From: an uncultured Gemmatimonadales bacterium
GTDB lineage: Bacteria; Gemmatimonadota; Gemmatimonadetes; Gemmatimonadales; Gemmatimonadaceae
Length of the DNA stretch: 64,000 nt
Assembly (NCBI GenBank): GCA_963793305.1
Contig: CAWBZV010000003.1
Coordinates: forward strand, 160,001 to 224,000
Direction: 5' to 3'
A model generated the notes under the pieces. It saw nothing but the letters and a program-made list of their open reading frames with translations, was not told where the DNA came from and did no database searches. This document shows positions 59,413-64,000 of this stretch, piece by piece; position 1 is the first letter of the stretch; every line of letters starts with the position of its first letter. The position numbers and the translations under genes are program-made.

Positions 59413-61432
59413 AGAGGGCGCGCTGGCCGCCGCTCGCGCCGCCGTACTCGAATCGTACCGGACCGAACGGCGTGTCGGCGACGACGCCACCACGCGCGCC
59501 GAGCAGCCATCGTCCATCCGGCACCACACTGCCGCCAAACTGCGAATCGCCGGTCATGAGCTCGACGCACAGGCCGACCGCGCCCCAGATGGGATAACGC
59601 GATTCGATCGCGGCCAAGGCTTCCCGGTCTCCGCGATTGTTATCAAATCGTAGACCCGCAAATCCCTCGCCGAGTCCCAACGGATACGTCAGCTCCAATG
59701 GCAGATGCGTGCCGATCGCGTATTGCAGTCTCGGAGCGAGCGTGAGACGGCCGATTTTCACGGGATCCGTTGCGTCGATGTCGAACGCGCCGTAGCGCGG
59801 CGTGTACGCGAAATTACTCCTCACCAGTGATGCATCACCTGGGCTCTGGTCTCTCACGCTGATCGAGGGCCCGAGTGTGGTGACCGTGGGTTTGCCGGGA
59901 GCCGAGTACAATCGAGTGAGCAGGCCGCCGGCGATGGACCACCCAACGGGCGCATCGTTCTCGATGCCGACAACGACGGAGACATTGTTGGTCTTCGTCT
60001 CCCCGAGCACGCGCTGCGTGGGCGTGTACGACCGGATCTCGTCTTGTTGGTACGTCGCGGTGAACGCGGGCGTGATGATGCCGCCGGCGCCGCGCACGTC
60101 GATCTGCACCATTTCGCGTAGCGCACCAGCTTGTACGAACGCACCGGCGGTGAGGTCGTAGTCGGTCAACGGATGACCGTAGGTACCGAGCCAGATGCGG
60201 CCACCGACATCTTCGTCGTACGCCAAGCCGATCGCCGCCCGTCGTCTGGGCCCACGATCCACTCTGGCGTCGAACGCCACGGAGTCGCTGGTGCCCGAAG
60301 GATTGAGCCACACCGCGTCATAGCGCTCTGATTCGGTCACCCGGGACAACGCATGGGCGAGTGCCTGTTCACTGAACGAATGCCCCGGGTTGAGATCGAG
60401 CGATTGTTCGAGAACTTGCGCTTCACGACCGCGGCTGGCGGTGAGTCGCGTCAGAAAATTCGGCACTGACAGATCGAGCGGAGTGTCGGCGTGCGGGAGA
60501 CACGCCGCAATCGGACCCAGCACCCGGCTCGCGGTCCGACGACCGACCGCGATCGCGCGATCCAGATCCGCGGGCACGAACGCGAGGCTCCCGACGTTGT
60601 CGACCGGCGACAGGATGCGCACGTCGTCAGGCCCAAGCGAGTCGAGTGGTTGCTCGAACAGGAAGTCGATGAGTCGCCCGCTCACGTCGAGCGGTGAGTC
60701 CGGGTTCACCGTCGAGTCGCTGCGCGTCAGATCGGACACGATGACGCGCGTCGCGCCATCGCTCCGAGCGACGCCGACGGGAACGTTGTCCGAGATGCCA
60801 CCGTCGACCAGCACATGGCCTTGCATGTGGACGGGATTGAATACGATCGGCACGGAATAGCTCGCGCGGACCACCTCGGCGAGATCGCCGTGATCGAGCA
60901 CGACGGGTTGTCGATTGTCGAGATCCGTGGCGACGGCGATAAATGGAATCGGCATGGCATCGAAATCCCCGCGCGCGAGCAGGTCGCCTCGCAACAACAG
61001 CGAGGCGAGCAGCGCGTTGATCGTCCCTTGCCGCCGGGCGAGCGTCTCGAGCGTGAAGCCTTTGGGTCCTTGAACGAGCTCGACCACCGGATGAATGCCC
61101 GTCAGCGAAACCGGGATCCGGGGAGGTTGAGATCGTAAGAGTTGTGCGAGGTGCAGCGACCGGGCGATGGAGTCGATCTGCTTGCCGCTATACCCGCTGG
61201 CGTAGAGCGCGCCGACGATCGCGCCCATGCTGGTACCGACCACGAGGTCGGGTCGAACGTTCAGGCTGTCCAGGACCTCGAGGACGCCAATGTGCGCCAG
61301 CGCGCGCGCCCCACCGCCGGATAGCACAAGCGCAACGCGATCGTTGTCGCCCGTCGGCGGACACGACGGTTGCTGCGCCAACGCGGCGCAGGAGACCGAA
61401 AACGACCAGGCAGCGACGAGCCATCGGGCCAC
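59387..61432 (-). CDS. Patatin-like phospholipase with POTRA/Omp85-type C-terminal barrel (PlpD-like)
   Basis: LSGGGARALAHIG, GTSMG, VDGG; C-terminal TPFGPVRFEYG...RLGYWF. Confidence 0.85.
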   Translation of the reverse strand: MARWLVAAWSFSVSCAALAQQPSCPPTGDNDRVALVLSGGGARALAHIGVLEVLDSLNVRPDLVVGTSMGAIVGALYASGYSGKQIDSIARSLHLAQLLRSQPPRIPVSLTGIHPVVELVQGPKGFTLETLARRQGTINALLASLLLRGDLLARGDFDAMPIPFIAVATDLDNRQPVVLDHGDLAEVVRASYSVPIVFNPVHMQGHVLVDGGISDNVPVGVARSDGATRVIVSDLTRSDSTVNPDSPLDVSGRLIDFLFEQPLDSLGPDDVRILSPVDNVGSLAFVPADLDRAIAVGRRTASRVLGPIAACLPHADTPLDLSVPNFLTRLTASRGREAQVLEQSLDLNPGHSFSEQALAHALSRVTESERYDAVWLNPSGTSDSVAFDARVDRGPRRRAAIGLAYDEDVGGRIWLGTYGHPLTDYDLTAGAFVQAGALREMVQIDVRGAGGIITPAFTATYQQDEIRSYTPTQRVLGETKTNNVSVVVGIENDAPVGWSIAGGLLTRLYSAPGKPTVTTLGPSISVRDQSPGDASLVRSNFAYTPRYGAFDIDATDPVKIGRLTLAPRLQYAIGTHLPLELTYPLGLGEGFAGLRFDNNRGDREALAAIESRYPIWGAVGLCVELMTGDSQFGGSVVPDGRWLLGARGGVVADTPFGPVRFEYGGASGGQRALFIRLGYWF

Positions 61433-61441
61433 GCCGCCAAT

Positions 61442-61882
61442 TTAGACCTGTAATCGATATCCGGCTTTGGAAACCGTCAGGATGTGACGCGGCTCCGAGG
61501 GGATTACCTCGAGCCGACGGCGGAGCTCGAACACGTGCGTGTCCACCGTCCGCGTACCGCGCGGATCCTGGCGGTGCCAGACCTCGGCCAGCAATTCCGC
61601 TCGCGACATGACAGCACCGCGCCGCCTGAGCAGCGCGAGCAGCAGGTCGAAGAGCTTCGGACTCAACGCGATCGGCCGATCGCCCCGATAGACGGAGCGC
61701 GTCATCGGGTCCACCACGATCTCCCCAAATTGCTCGCGACTCATAGGCATGGGAGCAATCAGCGGTCGTGTATCGCCAGCCGCGCCGAGCTCTTTGAGAA
61801 TGCGCAGGCCGTCGCGTTCGGGGACGATCACCTGGAGCGCGATCATCCGGTCATCCACGGAGACTTTTTCGGGCATCGTCAC
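61442..61882 (-). CDS. OmpR/PhoB-type winged-helix DNA-binding protein without a receiver domain
   Basis: FGEIVVD, LSPKLFDLL, ELLAEVW, TRTVDTHVFELRRRLE, ILTV..AGYR. Confidence 0.82.
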   Translation of the reverse strand: MTMPEKVSVDDRMIALQVIVPERDGLRILKELGAAGDTRPLIAPMPMSREQFGEIVVDPMTRSVYRGDRPIALSPKLFDLLLALLRRRGAVMSRAELLAEVWHRQDPRGTRTVDTHVFELRRRLEVIPSEPRHILTVSKAGYRLQV

Positions 61883-62132
61883 GATTTGAGTGTACCCCGA
61901 AGTACATGCTAGAGATACGATGTGGGGACGAAGTGTGCTGTGCGCGGGGCGATCAGCGCCGCGGTCGGGACCGATGCGTAACGACCTCCGAACGATGTGC
62001 TTACTTGCATTCCCGACATGACTCTTGACGTTCGCCCCTGCAGAATGGCGATTCATCCCGCGCACTATGCTTGCAGTTGTACCATAGCGTACATTCGCCC
62101 CTCTACTACACCCATAGGAGGAGGTTCGTGCT

Positions 62133-64000
62133 ATGAGACTACGTTTCCGTCTGTCAGTGCTGTCCGCCGTGTTGGTCGCGGCGCCAGTCGGAGCACAGCG
62201 AGGTAGCATTGTCGGGCACGTGACCGACAAGACGAGCGGCTCGCCGGTTCCGGCCGCGGAAGTGTTCATTGCCGGCACCACACGCGGCACAGTCGCGGGG
62301 TCCGACGGCCGGTATCAAATCCTGAGTCTCCCAGCCGGCGCCGCCACCGTGCGCGTGCTCCGCATCGGCTTCGAGGCACAGATCAAGAACGTGACGATCA
62401 CCGACGGCGTGACCGACACGGTGGATTTCGTGCTCGTGCCGTCCGTGGTCACACTCGACCAAGTCATCGTCAGCGCATCCGGTGAGCAACAGCGCCAACG
62501 CGAGACCGGCAACGCCGTGTCAACGATCAGTCCCGACTCGATTGCGCAACCCGCGGTCGCGGACTTCTCGGATCTGCTCAACTCGCGCGCGCCCGGCGTC
62601 TCGATCGTGCAGCAATCGGGCACGACCGGCGGCGCATCCAAGATTCGCATTCGCGGTGCGAACAGCGTCTCGTTGAGCAACGATCCGCTGCTCGTCGTCG
62701 ACGGCAACCGCGTCGACAACAGCACCAACTCGGCGTCGGGCAATCTCTTCACGGGTGGCCAGACACCGTCGCGGTTCGATGACTTGAATCCCGACGAGAT
62801 CGAAGACGTGCAGATCCTGAAAGGCCCCGCGGCCTCGGCGCTCTACGGCACCGCGGGATCGAACGGCGTCATCCTGGTCACGACGAAGCACGGCGTGCCG
62901 GGCCGTACGAGGTGGGAGTCGCACGCCGAGTACGGCTCGGTGCGAAACGCCACGACGTACCCGCCGAACTTTTTCGCCAACGGCCTCGCGCTGGATAACA
63001 GCGGCCAGCCGATCGCGGGCGACACCGTCCAGGGGTGCCAGTTGAACCAACACGGCCAGGCGGGCGGTTGCAACATCATCCCGTCGAGCGTGATCGCGTT
63101 CAGCCCCATGAACTCGCTCTCGCCGTTCATCGCGGGCTATCGCGAGAGTTACGGGATCACCGCGGCCGGCGGCAGCAACAACCTCACGTACTTCCTCGGC
63201 GCCGACGACTATAACGAGCAGGGCATCTACATCAACAACCGTCAGCGGAGAACCAACCTCCGCGGCAACTTCGGCGCGCAACTGTCGCCAGTGCTCAACG
63301 CATCCGTGAATCTGGGGTATCTGCAGAGTCGGCTCTCGCTCCCGCAGAACGACAACTCACTCTATGGCGTCATCGGCCTCGCATTGACCGGCAGCGCGTT
63401 CGACGATCCGATCTGCCACGGCTACTTCGCGTGCGTCACGCCCGCCAAGGCCAACCTGAACGACGCCGAGTCGGACGTTCGATCGCTATACCGGCAGCGG
63501 GACGATCAACTACCACCCGACCAATTGGTTCAGTGGCGTGGCGACCGGTGGCATCGATTACGGCGATCGGCTCGACGGCACCTTCACGCCCGCCGGCGTT
63601 CTTCCAGGCTCGCAGGGCGCAGGGTTGGGCGCCGCGTCGCCGGCGCCATATCAGCTCTACACGTATACCGCGAACCTGAGCGCCATCTTCAAGTTCGATC
63701 TCGGACCGTCCATTCACTCGACCACCACGTTCGGGACGCAGTACGTCGACGAGGCGCGGCGTGGCTTTCTGACCTCCGGCTCCGGCATCGTGCCGGGCAC
63801 GGGGAACCTCAATGGCGCCACCTCGGAATTCACGGCCACCGAGCAGGACACGGACATCGTGACGTTCGGCGGACTCGGCTCCCAGGAGTTCGCCTGGCGC
63901 GACAAGGTCTTCCTGACCTTGGCGGTCCGTGCCGACGAGTCGAGCGCGTTCGGCAAGCCGAATGACCTTATCTGGTACCCGGACTTCAGCGCCTCGTGGG
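62133..64000 (+). CDS. SusC/RagA-family TonB-linked outer membrane protein (3' truncated by window; apparent +1 frameshift near 63478)
   Basis: AGGAGG SD; IRIRGANSVSLSNDPLLVVDG, DLNPDEIEDVQILKGPAASALYG..GSNGVILVTTK. Confidence 0.93.

Noticed and set aside
1..64000. tRNA, rRNA, riboswitch, prophage or integrase
   Set aside because: None recognised by eye; intergenic regions are short. A covariance-model search would be needed to exclude small RNAs.

Overview
High-GC bacterial chromosomal window with no rRNA, tRNA, CRISPR array, transposase or integrase seen. Gene content (SusC-like and Oar-like TonB receptors, a pilin-like gene) suggests Gemmatimonadota, which is an inference. Left to right: (1) a sigma-like HTH gene coupled to an HTH-less LexA/UmuD-type S24 autopeptidase; (2) an ATP-grasp plus LLM monooxygenase pair; (3) orphan HlyD and MalK-type ATPase genes; (4) a 1815-aa secreted RHS toxin with a membrane immunity candidate, behind a sigma54-type promoter; (5) Tat-signal TldD plus TldE; (6) a receiver-thioredoxin-reductase fusion with two cNMP-domain histidine kinases and a UBP zinc finger; (7) an ergothioneine operon (egtB-egtD-egtA plus ABC importer, no egtC); (8) a ComF-like PRTase and an S1/P1 nuclease-LolA-like fusion; (9) a LacI-controlled GH144 beta-1,2-glucan locus; (10) an ORF6N gene and Lhr helicase; (11) envelope and housekeeping genes, including a membrane-anchored [FeFe]-hydrogenase-like protein. 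The most striking sequence-level signal is a 31-bp palindrome that encodes the NLRSQFATSS motif inside the ORF6N gene and recurs (29/32 identical) over that gene's stop codon. In addition, 11 of 12 apparent +1 frameshifts fall at two motifs (GACGTC, CAGATG), suggesting motif-specific sequencing errors, possibly caused by DNA modification. Functional calls rest on motif recognition only; no searches were run.
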